This document shows, in pieces, positions 28,419 to 37,724 of a DNA stretch of 64,000 bases. The position numbers and the translations under genes are program-made. The notes under the pieces are model-generated. The model did no database searches. It was given only the letters and a program-made list of their open reading frames with translations, and was not told the origin of the DNA. Numbering within the stretch: the stretch's first letter is position 1; every line of letters begins with the position of its first letter. This DNA is from Syntrophales bacterium (lineage in GTDB: Bacteria; Desulfobacterota; Syntrophia; Syntrophales; UBA2210), in contig CAXXNF010000001.1 of assembly GCA_963666365.2 (NCBI GenBank), positions 1,152,001-1,216,000 on the forward strand, written 5' to 3'.

Positions 28419-28824
28419 CTGTTGTGCAGAAGCCACTTGTGGATATTGCGATTGAGGCCCCTCTTCGCTCTCTACGGCGTCAATGAATTCCTGACCGGAA
28501 ACATCACATTCAGTGCCCACGACAGAAGTAAAATATCTCTTGCATCTACAAAAATTGAGAATAAAATATTAGTTATTCAAGCTGATTACAATCAGAGAGG
28601 TATCAAAGCTGCTCGGTGCCGGCAAGACCACCTTACAGTGACGTGCGCAGTGGCAAATGGATTTCTGAAAGGGCCGCAGCTACACTATGCATAGGATAAT
28701 ACTACTGCACTTACGTACTATGTATCGGGGAAGAAATCATTTATTGCGGGGACCTTTGGATTCAAGAAAACAAGGTCGATCATTTTTTGTCTTGACAGGT
28801 GTAACCAACCGTAAGAGGTGATGT

Positions 28825-31800
28825 ATGAAGACCACAACGCATACCTTCATAGTCGCATGGGTTATTACGGCGCTCCTGTTGGTCCACTCCTTGGCCTCCG
28901 GTGCGGTGTTGAACGCCCCGACGGGTCTGGCAAAGGTTGTGGGAAACGGTGAGATAAGTCTGGTCTGGGAGCCGGTTTCCGGGGCAACGGGCTATATTGT
29001 CTATAGGGGCGAGGCCAGCGCTGGCCCCTTCACCTTCGTCGCCCAGCCCCGTGGATCAGGGTTTACGGATCGAAACGTCAGCAACGGCTCCGCTTACTAT
29101 TACGTCGTCACGGCGCTCAACGCGGACGGCCAAAGTGCCTTTTCCCCGCCCCTGGAGGCGACCCCGACGACGTCGGTACTGAGGGCCCCCGGTAGCGTTG
29201 CCGCCATCGCCGGCAACGGCCGGATCTCGCTGACCTGGAGCCCTGTGACCTCCGCCGCCGCCTATAATGTCTACCGCGCATCGGCAAGCGGCGGTCCCTA
29301 CATACTGCTGACGACGCCCGCACTCGGCCCTTCTTACACTGACAGGGATCCAGCCAACGGAACGACCTATTTTTACGTGGTTCAGACCTGCAAGGCGAGC
29401 AGTTGCATCGCCGGCTCCGTCGGCGCCTATTCCGAGGAGATGCGTGCCACTCCGTCCTCGAAACTGCCCTCCGCGCCATCCGGACTGACCGCGATCCCTG
29501 GCAGCACCTGGGTAAGCTTGGCCTGGGACCCCCTGGAAGGCCTCACTGCACTGAACGAAGGTTCACCCCTCAATGCTCCCTCCTATGTGGTATCGGACGG
29601 CGCCTTTCTCTATGTGGTGACCGACAACGGCGCCAGGATACAGTCGCTCCCCATGGAGGGCGGCGCAGCCACAGTGCTGTACACGACCTCGGGAGCCCTG
29701 GCGCTCACCGTCCTGGACAATGACCTGTTCTGGATCGATCCCAACTCCGGTCCCTCTACGGACACCCAAATCTGGAAAGCGCCCAAGGACGGCAGCGGCG
29801 CTCCGACAGTTATCTACACTGAATCGGCGACGGGAAGCGGCTGGCTGGACAATGATGTGATCGACGGGACCGGAATCTGCAACGATGGCACCCGGCTGTA
29901 CGCGGCCGATGAGGTCCAGGGCCGTGTCGTGGCCTTCAACCAGGATGGCAGTGGCATGGTGCGTCTGGATGCGGGCCGCTACACCGGCGGTTTCGACACC
30001 GAGCGCCTCAACACCATCGCCTATGCCGACAACGGCCTCTATATCGCCGATAGCGGCAGAGAGGGGGTGGCCTCGCCGGGGGTCTATTTCCTCCCGGCGG
30101 CGGGCGGCGCCTTCGCGACGCTTCATTCGGGCGCGCCGCTCGTGACCCCGGTTGATATCGCCGTCGCGGCCGATTTTCTCTACATTGCAGACAGCGGGAT
30201 TAACACGATCTGGAAACTGCCCCGCAGCGGCGGAACTCCCACTGCCCTGCTTCCAGCCGGCACCTTCGTACAAATCGGCGGAATCACCCTTGCGGGCGAT
30301 ATCCTCTACGCCTCGGACAGGATTACCGGCCTGATCCACCGGATCGACACGATCACAACGGCGAACGGGGTCTCCGGCTATGCGGTTTACAGGGGAAACG
30401 CGAAGGGAGGACCCTACCAGTTCGTCGGCCTGTCGGAGACCACCCGGTTCGAGGAGATGGGCCTGACCAACGGGATTACCTATTATTACGTGGTGGCCGG
30501 GGTCAACGCCGACGGCCGGGGCGCCTTTTCAAACGAGGCCAGCGCCCTGGTCTCGGCGATCGAGCGTCCCCATACCCCCGCCTTGAACGCCGTCTGGGGG
30601 AACAGCGGGGCGGTGTGGCTTTCCTGGGACAGCCCCCCGGGGGCGGTCTCCTACAAGCTTTACCGGTCACAGACCCCGGACGATGGAAACCCCACCCTTC
30701 TGACCACTACGACCGAGCACGGCTATGACGATACGGGCCTCACCGACGGCGCCACCTACTATTACACGGTGGATGCCCTGAACGCCGCCTCCCCGCCGCT
30801 GACGGCCCGCTCGAACGTGGTCGCCGCCACGCCCGTAGCACTGCTTTCGGCACCGGGAGGCCTGCGTGTCACACCCGGCAACACCCAGGCCACCGTGACC
30901 TGGAACCCAGTTGCTGGCGCCTCTTCCTACTACGTGACCGTGGCGACCTCGTCTGGCGGCGAATGGACCGCAGCCAGCGGGCAGACCGCCAGCGCCCATT
31001 TCACGCTCCAGAGCTTGACCAACGGGCAGCCCTACTACATCCGGATCCAGGCAGGGGGAGGCAACTGGTCCGGCTACTCCGGGGAGGTCGTCGTCACTCC
31101 CGAGGACACCCGACCCCTCGCCCCCGCTAATATCTCTGCGACGGTGGGCAATCGTCAGGTTAGCGTCCGCTGGGACGCCGTGCCTCAGGCTACCGGCTAT
31201 CGCATCTACCGTCGGGCCTCCAACAGCGCCTGGCCGGTCGAGCCGATCGGCACCGCCACCGGGACTCTCTTTACCGATACGGGACTTGCCAATGGGATCC
31301 AGTATGATTATCTCGTCAGCGCTGTCAACGACACCGGCGAAGGAGCCTCTTCACCCTCCTATGCCTCCGCCGTTCCCAGCACCGCCTGTCTGACCCGGCC
31401 CGTCAATGTTCGGGTGATCCCCGGCACCACGGAGGCCACCGTAATCTGGGATCCCGTGGTGGACGCCACCAGCTATTACGTGACGGTCTCGACCTCCTCC
31501 GGCGGCGCCTGGGAGCCCTCCAGCGGACAGGTGAGCTGCACCCACTTCACCGCCGAGAACCTCACCAACGGCCAGACCTATTATTTCCGTGTCCAGGCAG
31601 GAGGCGCCAACTGGTCCGCCTTTTCCGAAGAGGTCAGCGCCACCCCCGCCTATGAACGCCCCCAGGCACCCACCAACCTGACGATAGATCTGGGCAACAC
31701 CCAGACCAGTATCCGATGGTCCGCTGTGGACGGCGCCTCGGACTACCAGGTGTTTCGCAGAATCAGCGGCGATCCCTGGCCGAGCGAACCGATCGCGGTC

Positions 31801-33132
31801 GTCACAGGAACACTTTTCACCGACACGGGGCTGATCAACGGTACGGTTTACGACTATGCCGTCGCCGCGGTCAATGACATCGGTGCAGAGGCCAGTGTCG
31901 GTGCCTGGTCCACAGTTCAGGTCTCCCTCTCCCCGACCGTCACGATGACCGACGCCCCGGTCAATGTGAAGGTCGTTCCCGGTAACACCCAGGCGACCGC
32001 CACCTGGGACCCAGTCCCCGGCGCCACGCTGTACGGATTGACCGTCACTGCCACCCCCGGGGGCACCGCTCTCGACTGGGGATCGACGACCGGGTGCCAT
32101 TACACCGTCGAGAATCTGGCCAACGGCCAGACCTACTATTTCCGCGTCCAGGCGGCAGGAGGCGACTTCTGGTCCGCCTGCTCCGACGAGATCAGCGCGA
32201 CCCCGACGGAGGCACTGCCCCCGGCCCCCACGGGACTGTATTTCGTTCCCGGCAATAGCCGGATCAGTCTCCTCTGGAACGCCATGGACGGGGTGACCTC
32301 CTATGCGATCTACCGCCGGACCGCCGCTGATCCCTGGCCGGTTGAACCGACCGCAACCACGACAGGAACTCTGTTCAACGACGCAGGGCTCGTCAACGGC
32401 ATCGCTTACTTCTATGCTGTCACTGCCGTGAACGAGGCCGGTCCTGGAGCCTGGTCCCTGAATGAGCCCTCTTCCACCCCGGTGGATACCGCCCCGGCTG
32501 CCCCGGTCAAGGTCACGGTCGTCCCCGGCAACACCCAGGCGACCGTCACCTGGGACCCCGTCCCCGGCGCAATCCAGTACGGACTGACCGTCGCTGCCAC
32601 CCCCGGGGGCAACGCTCTCGACTGGGGATCGACGACAGGGGTTCATTATACCATCGGAAACCTAGTGAACGGCCAGACCTACTATTTCCGCATCCAGGCA
32701 GGAGGCGACGTCTGGTCCGCCTACTCCGACGAGGTAAGTACTATCCCCAATCCGGATGCCCATATCGGCAATCTGTCCGGCAGGATCGCTACAAACCTCG
32801 CCGGTCATGCCGGCCTCGGGGTCGCCAATGCCACGGTTAGCCTCCAGGGTACGGCCTATTCTGCCCAGACCGACGCCAACGGGGACTTTATTATGCTCAA
32901 CGTTCCCTATGGGAATTATACGCTGGTGGTCACGGCCGCCAACATGGAAACCAGAATGGAGACCATCTCTCTGAACTCTGCGAGTCTGGCGGTCGCGGTG
33001 GCGGATCTGGCGCTGCCGACGTGCCCCGCCTGCGTCAGGGGTGATGCCAACAACGATCAGCGGGTCGGATTGGAGGATGTGATCTACGATCTCCAGGTGA
33101 CATCCGGCATCAGGCCGGCTGAGACACCGTGA
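28825..33132 (+). CDS. Secreted fibronectin type III repeat protein with an inserted beta-propeller, a carboxypeptidase-regulatory-like domain and a single C-terminal dockerin-like repeat
   Basis: Signal peptide; about 11 FN3 repeats (AP.GL..GN...L.W..V.GA..Y.VYR...NG.TYYY.V.A.N); NHL/SMP-like LYIADSG repeats; GDANNDQRVGLEDVIYDLQ. Confidence 0.88.
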   Translation: MKTTTHTFIVAWVITALLLVHSLASGAVLNAPTGLAKVVGNGEISLVWEPVSGATGYIVYRGEASAGPFTFVAQPRGSGFTDRNVSNGSAYYYVVTALNADGQSAFSPPLEATPTTSVLRAPGSVAAIAGNGRISLTWSPVTSAAAYNVYRASASGGPYILLTTPALGPSYTDRDPANGTTYFYVVQTCKASSCIAGSVGAYSEEMRATPSSKLPSAPSGLTAIPGSTWVSLAWDPLEGLTALNEGSPLNAPSYVVSDGAFLYVVTDNGARIQSLPMEGGAATVLYTTSGALALTVLDNDLFWIDPNSGPSTDTQIWKAPKDGSGAPTVIYTESATGSGWLDNDVIDGTGICNDGTRLYAADEVQGRVVAFNQDGSGMVRLDAGRYTGGFDTERLNTIAYADNGLYIADSGREGVASPGVYFLPAAGGAFATLHSGAPLVTPVDIAVAADFLYIADSGINTIWKLPRSGGTPTALLPAGTFVQIGGITLAGDILYASDRITGLIHRIDTITTANGVSGYAVYRGNAKGGPYQFVGLSETTRFEEMGLTNGITYYYVVAGVNADGRGAFSNEASALVSAIERPHTPALNAVWGNSGAVWLSWDSPPGAVSYKLYRSQTPDDGNPTLLTTTTEHGYDDTGLTDGATYYYTVDALNAASPPLTARSNVVAATPVALLSAPGGLRVTPGNTQATVTWNPVAGASSYYVTVATSSGGEWTAASGQTASAHFTLQSLTNGQPYYIRIQAGGGNWSGYSGEVVVTPEDTRPLAPANISATVGNRQVSVRWDAVPQATGYRIYRRASNSAWPVEPIGTATGTLFTDTGLANGIQYDYLVSAVNDTGEGASSPSYASAVPSTACLTRPVNVRVIPGTTEATVIWDPVVDATSYYVTVSTSSGGAWEPSSGQVSCTHFTAENLTNGQTYYFRVQAGGANWSAFSEEVSATPAYERPQAPTNLTIDLGNTQTSIRWSAVDGASDYQVFRRISGDPWPSEPIAVVTGTLFTDTGLINGTVYDYAVAAVNDIGAEASVGAWSTVQVSLSPTVTMTDAPVNVKVVPGNTQATATWDPVPGATLYGLTVTATPGGTALDWGSTTGCHYTVENLANGQTYYFRVQAAGGDFWSACSDEISATPTEALPPAPTGLYFVPGNSRISLLWNAMDGVTSYAIYRRTAADPWPVEPTATTTGTLFNDAGLVNGIAYFYAVTAVNEAGPGAWSLNEPSSTPVDTAPAAPVKVTVVPGNTQATVTWDPVPGAIQYGLTVAATPGGNALDWGSTTGVHYTIGNLVNGQTYYFRIQAGGDVWSAYSDEVSTIPNPDAHIGNLSGRIATNLAGHAGLGVANATVSLQGTAYSAQTDANGDFIMLNVPYGNYTLVVTAANMETRMETISLNSASLAVAVADLALPTCPACVRGDANNDQRVGLEDVIYDLQVTSGIRPAETP

Positions 33133-33137
33133 TGGGG

Positions 33138-33168
33138 CGACAGGGGCCCCCATCAGGGCGCCCTGTCG
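33138..33168. terminator. GC-rich hairpin after the FN3 gene
   Basis: CGACAGGG...CCCTGTCG stem; no adjacent U tract. Confidence 0.4.
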
Positions 33169-33191
33169 ATCGCCAGCGGACGGTTTTCAAT

Positions 33192-33253
33192 AATGAAATG
33201 GCAAAGAGCGCAACCGAACGTTATCTGGCAAAGCTGCTTGCTGAAATCCGCAT
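33192..33253 (+). repeat. Orphan 62-bp copy of an internal part of the cotransporter gene
   Basis: AATGAAATGGCAAAGAGCGCAACCGAACGTTATCTGGCAAAGCTGCTTGCTGAAATCCGCAT versus 27717-27778. Confidence 0.9.
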
Positions 33254-33351
33254 AATCGGGAATCAGGAAGTCACTCTGAAGTAATGATATTTGATTAACT
33301 GTCAAATTTTCATTTCTTCCATCCCTTGCAAAAAAAGATAAATCATATTAA

Positions 33352-33368
33352 ACTGGTCTGAAACCAGT
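33352..33368. promoter_or_regulatory. Putative TA autoregulatory operator
   Basis: ACTGGT-N5-ACCAGT palindrome just upstream of the antitoxin RBS. Confidence 0.55.
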
Positions 33369-33381
33369 CTAAGGAGCAGCT

Positions 33382-33621
33382 ATGAAAACGGTAGGCGCCT
33401 ACGAGGCAAAAACGCATTTGCCCAAACTTCTCGAGAGGGTTGCAAAGGGGGAACGGATAGCAATCACGAAGCACGGTGTTCGTGTAGCTGTCCTACAGCC
33501 TCCGGACCTTGAAAATTCCGTTGATGTGAGAGCAGTCATTGCCGAACTTCGCAAATTGAGAAGCAGGCACGGCCTGGGAGGACTCACCATTCGTGAATTG
33601 ATAGAGGAGGGAAGGCGATAA
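33382..33621 (+). CDS. Phd/YefM-family antitoxin
   Basis: VGAYEAKTHLPKLLERVAKGERIAITKHG signature. Confidence 0.92.
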   Translation: MKTVGAYEAKTHLPKLLERVAKGERIAITKHGVRVAVLQPPDLENSVDVRAVIAELRKLRSRHGLGGLTIRELIEEGRR

Positions 33622-34044
33622 ATGAGTGATCCTTTTGTGGTGGATAATTCCGTCGTGATGTCGTGGTGCTTCAAAAATGAAACAAACGAGTATGCCGATG
33701 CCGTGCTTGATCTTCTTTGCGAAACTACGGCCTTCGTCCCTTCAATCTGGCCTTTGGAGGTTGTTAATGTATTGGTGACGGCGGAACGAAGGGGACGGCT
33801 GAGCGAAGCGGACACGGTGCGATTCATCACGCTTTTGTCTCAGCTGCCCATACATGTTGAACAAGAGCGGCCGGAACGAATTATGAAGGATCTGACGGCC
33901 TTGGCCAGGGAGCACAATCTGTCCAGCTACGACGCTTCATATCTCGATCTTTCGATGAAAAGAGGACTTTCAATCGCCACGCTGGATGCGCGGCTGATGG
34001 AAGCAGCAAAAAAAATAAATGTTTCACTTTTGTCTGTCTCGTAA
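33622..34044 (+). CDS. vapC: VapC-family PIN-domain toxin
   Basis: VVDNS, EVVN, LSSYDASYL and ATLD acidic PIN residues; abuts the antitoxin stop codon. Confidence 0.92.
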   Translation: MSDPFVVDNSVVMSWCFKNETNEYADAVLDLLCETTAFVPSIWPLEVVNVLVTAERRGRLSEADTVRFITLLSQLPIHVEQERPERIMKDLTALAREHNLSSYDASYLDLSMKRGLSIATLDARLMEAAKKINVSLLSVS

Positions 34045-34084
34045 AAAACTAACACGGAGAAGGCATTAAAATCAGGAGGTCCCG

Positions 34085-36217
34085 GTGACTAACGACCTGC
34101 CCCCCAGTCCGAAAGCGGATTCCTCGCTCATTGCCCGTCTGCGCAACAGGGCGTTCAAGGTGGATATTGTTTTTCTCTTCTGCGCCATTATCATCCCCAC
34201 CGTTCTTACCGTCACGACCTTCAGTTACCACCAGAACAGCAAGGCGGCCCTGGAAATGACCCACGATCTGGTGAAGAAGATCACCGACTCGGTCATGGAC
34301 GCGACCATTAATTATCTCAGACCCGCGCAGATATATTCGGAAATCACCGCAAATGTAATGGCCCATGCCCCCGAGGACCTTTCCACGGCGCCACATCTGG
34401 ATCGCTATCTCATGGGCGTGGTGCGCAGCAGACCCCACATCAGTCTCGCCTACTACGGAACAGATCAGGGCGATTTCCTGGCGGCGGTCCGCCTGAGACC
34501 TGAAGACCCGGTAATGACTCGTCTTATCAATAGACATGCCGACCCGGCTGTCATTATTGAAAGGATCTATGATGACCGTTTCACCGCAATAAAGGAAACA
34601 CATTCTACTGAGGTTGTCTACGATCCCCGGCAACGCCCCTGGTATAAGGGATGTAAACAGACCGGAGAGACCTATTGGACCGACCTGTACGTGTTTTCCT
34701 CCACGGGGAAACTGGGCGTCACCGCCGCCGCACCGGTAAAAGGACGGGAGGGAACTCTCCGGGGAGTCGTGGGAACCGATATCACCCTGGAGGGACTCTC
34801 GACCTTTCTCAAACGCACAACCATCAGCAAGGGGGGTACAATTTTTATCATGACCCGCAAGGGGCAGCTGGTGGCCTTTCCCGATCCCGACCGGATGGTC
34901 AGGCTCGAGGGAGGAAAGATTGTGTCGGTGCAGGCCTACGAACTCAATGACAGGCGCATAAACGATGCGGTGCACCACCTTGAAAATACAGGCGAATCCA
35001 TGTTCACGATTGAAGTAGAACACCAGAGAATCATGGCCTTTTTTACTCCCTTTCCAAAGGATTTCGGAAAGGACTGGCTTATCGCCGTCATTGCCCCGGA
35101 AGATGATTTTGTGGGCCCTGTCAAGGCGACCCATACAAAGACTCTCATTATGTCCGGGTTTATCCTTCTTCTTGCTGTGGGGTGCGGATTCCTCTTTGCG
35201 AGGAACCTTTCGCGGCCCATAGAAGCGCTCACCAGCGAACTTCGCGGGATTAAAGGGTTTGACCTTGCTCGAAGACCGCCGGTCGTCTCGGCCATTTTTG
35301 AAATTCAGATGATGGCCGAGGCAGTTGAATCAATGAAAAACGGGTTGCGGGCCTTCGGCAGGTATGTGCCTACCACGCTGGTCAGACAGTTGATAGAGTC
35401 GGGAGAAGAGGTTACTCCCGGCGGACGGGAGCGAGAAATCACCCTGTTTTTCTCCGATGTGGCCGATTTTACCTCCATATCCGAACAAATTCCCGCCCGT
35501 GAATTAATGGTCAATCTATCGGAATATATGGATGTAATGACCTGCGCGATCAACGAAGAAAAGGGAACCGTGGATAAGTACATCGGAGATGCGGTAATGG
35601 CATTCTGGGGAGCGCCCGTGCCGGACGATCTGCACGCCCTTCATGCGTGCAGGGCTGCACTCAGGTGTCGGTGCGCGCTTGATGAACTCAATGTCCGGTG
35701 GCGAACAGAAGGCAAGATCCCCTTCATAACGCGGATAGGAATCCATACGGGATTTACCATAGTGGGAAACATGGGGTCCACCGAACGGCTCAACTACACG
35801 GTACTGGGAGATAATGTCAACCTGGCAAGCAGATTGGAAGGGGTCAACAAGGTGTACGGCACATCAGTGATCATAAGTCAGGCAACGCACCGCTATGTAA
35901 GAAACGACTTTATAATTCGCCCCCTGGATATCATTGCCGTGAAGGGCAAACTTACCAGCGTAGTGATCTATGAGCTTATGGGAGATCGGGAATCCGCCGA
36001 TGCCCAGAGACTGGACACACTGGCCCGAGAATTCTCCCGCGCCTTTGATCTGTATCTGCACCGTCAATGGGATCAGGCCGTGGAAATCCTGGAACATCTC
36101 AAGTCAGACTTCCCTCACGACGGGCCGGTTACGCTACTTCTGGAACGATCCCTCCATTGCCTGCAGAACGACCCGGGACCCGAGTGGAGCGGTAGTGTAA
36201 GACTCGACTCCAAATAA
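34085..36217 (+). CDS. Membrane-bound class III adenylate cyclase (TM-Cache-TM-HAMP-cyclase, TPR-like tail)
   Basis: YDPRQRPWY Cache motif; FSDVADFT, DKYIGDAVMAFW and NYTVLGDNVNLASRLE (Lys/Thr ATP-specifying residues). Confidence 0.9.
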   Translation: MTNDLPPSPKADSSLIARLRNRAFKVDIVFLFCAIIIPTVLTVTTFSYHQNSKAALEMTHDLVKKITDSVMDATINYLRPAQIYSEITANVMAHAPEDLSTAPHLDRYLMGVVRSRPHISLAYYGTDQGDFLAAVRLRPEDPVMTRLINRHADPAVIIERIYDDRFTAIKETHSTEVVYDPRQRPWYKGCKQTGETYWTDLYVFSSTGKLGVTAAAPVKGREGTLRGVVGTDITLEGLSTFLKRTTISKGGTIFIMTRKGQLVAFPDPDRMVRLEGGKIVSVQAYELNDRRINDAVHHLENTGESMFTIEVEHQRIMAFFTPFPKDFGKDWLIAVIAPEDDFVGPVKATHTKTLIMSGFILLLAVGCGFLFARNLSRPIEALTSELRGIKGFDLARRPPVVSAIFEIQMMAEAVESMKNGLRAFGRYVPTTLVRQLIESGEEVTPGGREREITLFFSDVADFTSISEQIPARELMVNLSEYMDVMTCAINEEKGTVDKYIGDAVMAFWGAPVPDDLHALHACRAALRCRCALDELNVRWRTEGKIPFITRIGIHTGFTIVGNMGSTERLNYTVLGDNVNLASRLEGVNKVYGTSVIISQATHRYVRNDFIIRPLDIIAVKGKLTSVVIYELMGDRESADAQRLDTLAREFSRAFDLYLHRQWDQAVEILEHLKSDFPHDGPVTLLLERSLHCLQNDPGPEWSGSVRLDSK

Positions 36218-36398
36218 TATCACAGAAACCGCTCGTTCGAAGTTGCAGATACGCGGGTATCGACAGTCCGGTCACCACATACCTGTACTCACCGGTTCAA
36301 CTATATTTTTTTCTATTGATTTTCCCGCAGAGAAGGCGTAGTGATCCGTTCCGCTCAGATCGATTTCTTTATGGCGAGGTAGGACCTGTGTCCAGCTT

Positions 36399-37628
36399 AT
36401 GATCCCTGTTGTGATTGTGGCGGTTGTGTTCGTAATGATTGCCCTGCGGCGCATCGGCAAATTGCCGGTGAAAATATGGCACATAATGCTGGGGGGAGCG
36501 CTTGTATCGCTTGCAACCGGTTCAATCTCACCCGCAGGCGCCGTTCGCGCCATACAATTCGATATCATCCTCTTTCTTTTCGGTATGTTTGTGGTCGGTC
36601 AGGCGCTCGAAGAGAGTGGATCGCTGGCCTGGCTTGCCTATCAGCTATTTAAGAAACTACAATCACTGGATCTGCTGGTTCTTGCCATCATGTTCGGCAT
36701 GGGGTTTGTGTCGGCCTTTCTCATGAACGATACGGTGGCCGTGATCGGCACCCCCATCATGCTGTATCTTGCACGACAGCATTCCATTGCTCCCAGGCTT
36801 CTCCTGTTTGCCCTGGCCTTTTCCATCACCATAGGCAGCGTGATGAGTCCTATAGGAAATCCACAGAACTTACTCATTGCGATTTATGGAAACATTGACA
36901 ATCCTTTCGTCACGTTTCTGCGCTATCTCTTTATCCCTACAGTACTAAATCTTCTGGTCTGTTATTTGCTGTTACGATGCGTTAACGGCAGACATTTCCG
37001 CCGCAGTCCTCTGAATCACAAACCTGAAACAATCAGAGATCTGCATCTCGCCCGGCTTTCCTTTGCAGCGCTCATTATGATTGTTGCCATGGTGACGTCA
37101 AAAATAATTCTGGTCTTTCTTGGATCCTCCTTCGATTTCAGATTAACCTATATCGCACTTGTGGCTGCCGCGCCTATTCTCATTGTGAGCCCGAAGCGAT
37201 GTGGTATTGTCCGTCATATCGACTGGACAACCCTCGTTTTTTTTGGGGCCCTTTTCGTCCTGATGCAAAGCGTCTGGGATGCCGGTTTTTTTCAATCGAT
37301 TATCGCGCAGATCCCTTTCGATATGACCTCCGGATCCATGATTTTTGGTGTCAGCGTGCTCTTGAGCCAGCTGATTTCAAATGTTCCTCTTGTTGCGCTT
37401 TACCTTCCACTCATAATGGAAAGCGGTGCTTCAACGGAACCGATGATGTATCTTGCCGCAGGAAGCACTATCGCCGGGAATCTCTTTATTCTCGGGGCGG
37501 CCAGCAACATAATCATCATTCAAAACGCCGAAAAACACGGCGGCGCAACCCTGGGTTTTTTTGAATTTGCCGCCGTCGGCATTCCTCTGACGGTAATCAA
37601 TGTGGTGATCTATTGGCTTTTCATATAA
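36399..37628 (+). CDS. ArsB/NhaD/CitMHS-superfamily anion permease
   Basis: FLMNDT, SPIGNPQN, ISNVP and GSTIAGNL..GAASN motifs; polytopic membrane protein. Confidence 0.85.
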   Translation: MIPVVIVAVVFVMIALRRIGKLPVKIWHIMLGGALVSLATGSISPAGAVRAIQFDIILFLFGMFVVGQALEESGSLAWLAYQLFKKLQSLDLLVLAIMFGMGFVSAFLMNDTVAVIGTPIMLYLARQHSIAPRLLLFALAFSITIGSVMSPIGNPQNLLIAIYGNIDNPFVTFLRYLFIPTVLNLLVCYLLLRCVNGRHFRRSPLNHKPETIRDLHLARLSFAALIMIVAMVTSKIILVFLGSSFDFRLTYIALVAAAPILIVSPKRCGIVRHIDWTTLVFFGALFVLMQSVWDAGFFQSIIAQIPFDMTSGSMIFGVSVLLSQLISNVPLVALYLPLIMESGASTEPMMYLAAGSTIAGNLFILGAASNIIIIQNAEKHGGATLGFFEFAAVGIPLTVINVVIYWLFI

Positions 37629-37724
37629 AGGAACAGGGAGGCATCCTAAAGCGGTCGGCGCCGTCAAGGCGGCGGGAGTCTTCACTCCGTGGTGAAGCAA
37701 CGGCGACGGCGAGCGACTGCACGC

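Noticed and set aside
28560..28740. c-di-GMP-I riboswitch upstream of the FN3 gene (GGCAAA...GAAA)
   Set aside because: The required stem pairing and the downstream CGCAAAG and second-stem motifs could not be found.
31351..33153. 431-aa and 163-aa minus-strand ORFs
   Set aside because: Antisense shadows of the GC-rich, repetitive FN3 gene.
33192..33253. Possible DGR template/variable repeat pair with 27717-27778
   Set aside because: There are only two mismatches and they point in opposite directions (A/G and C/A), so they are not adenine-specific from one template; no reverse transcriptase is present.
34049..35134. 361-aa minus-strand ORF
   Set aside because: Antisense to the adenylate cyclase gene; no independent coding evidence.
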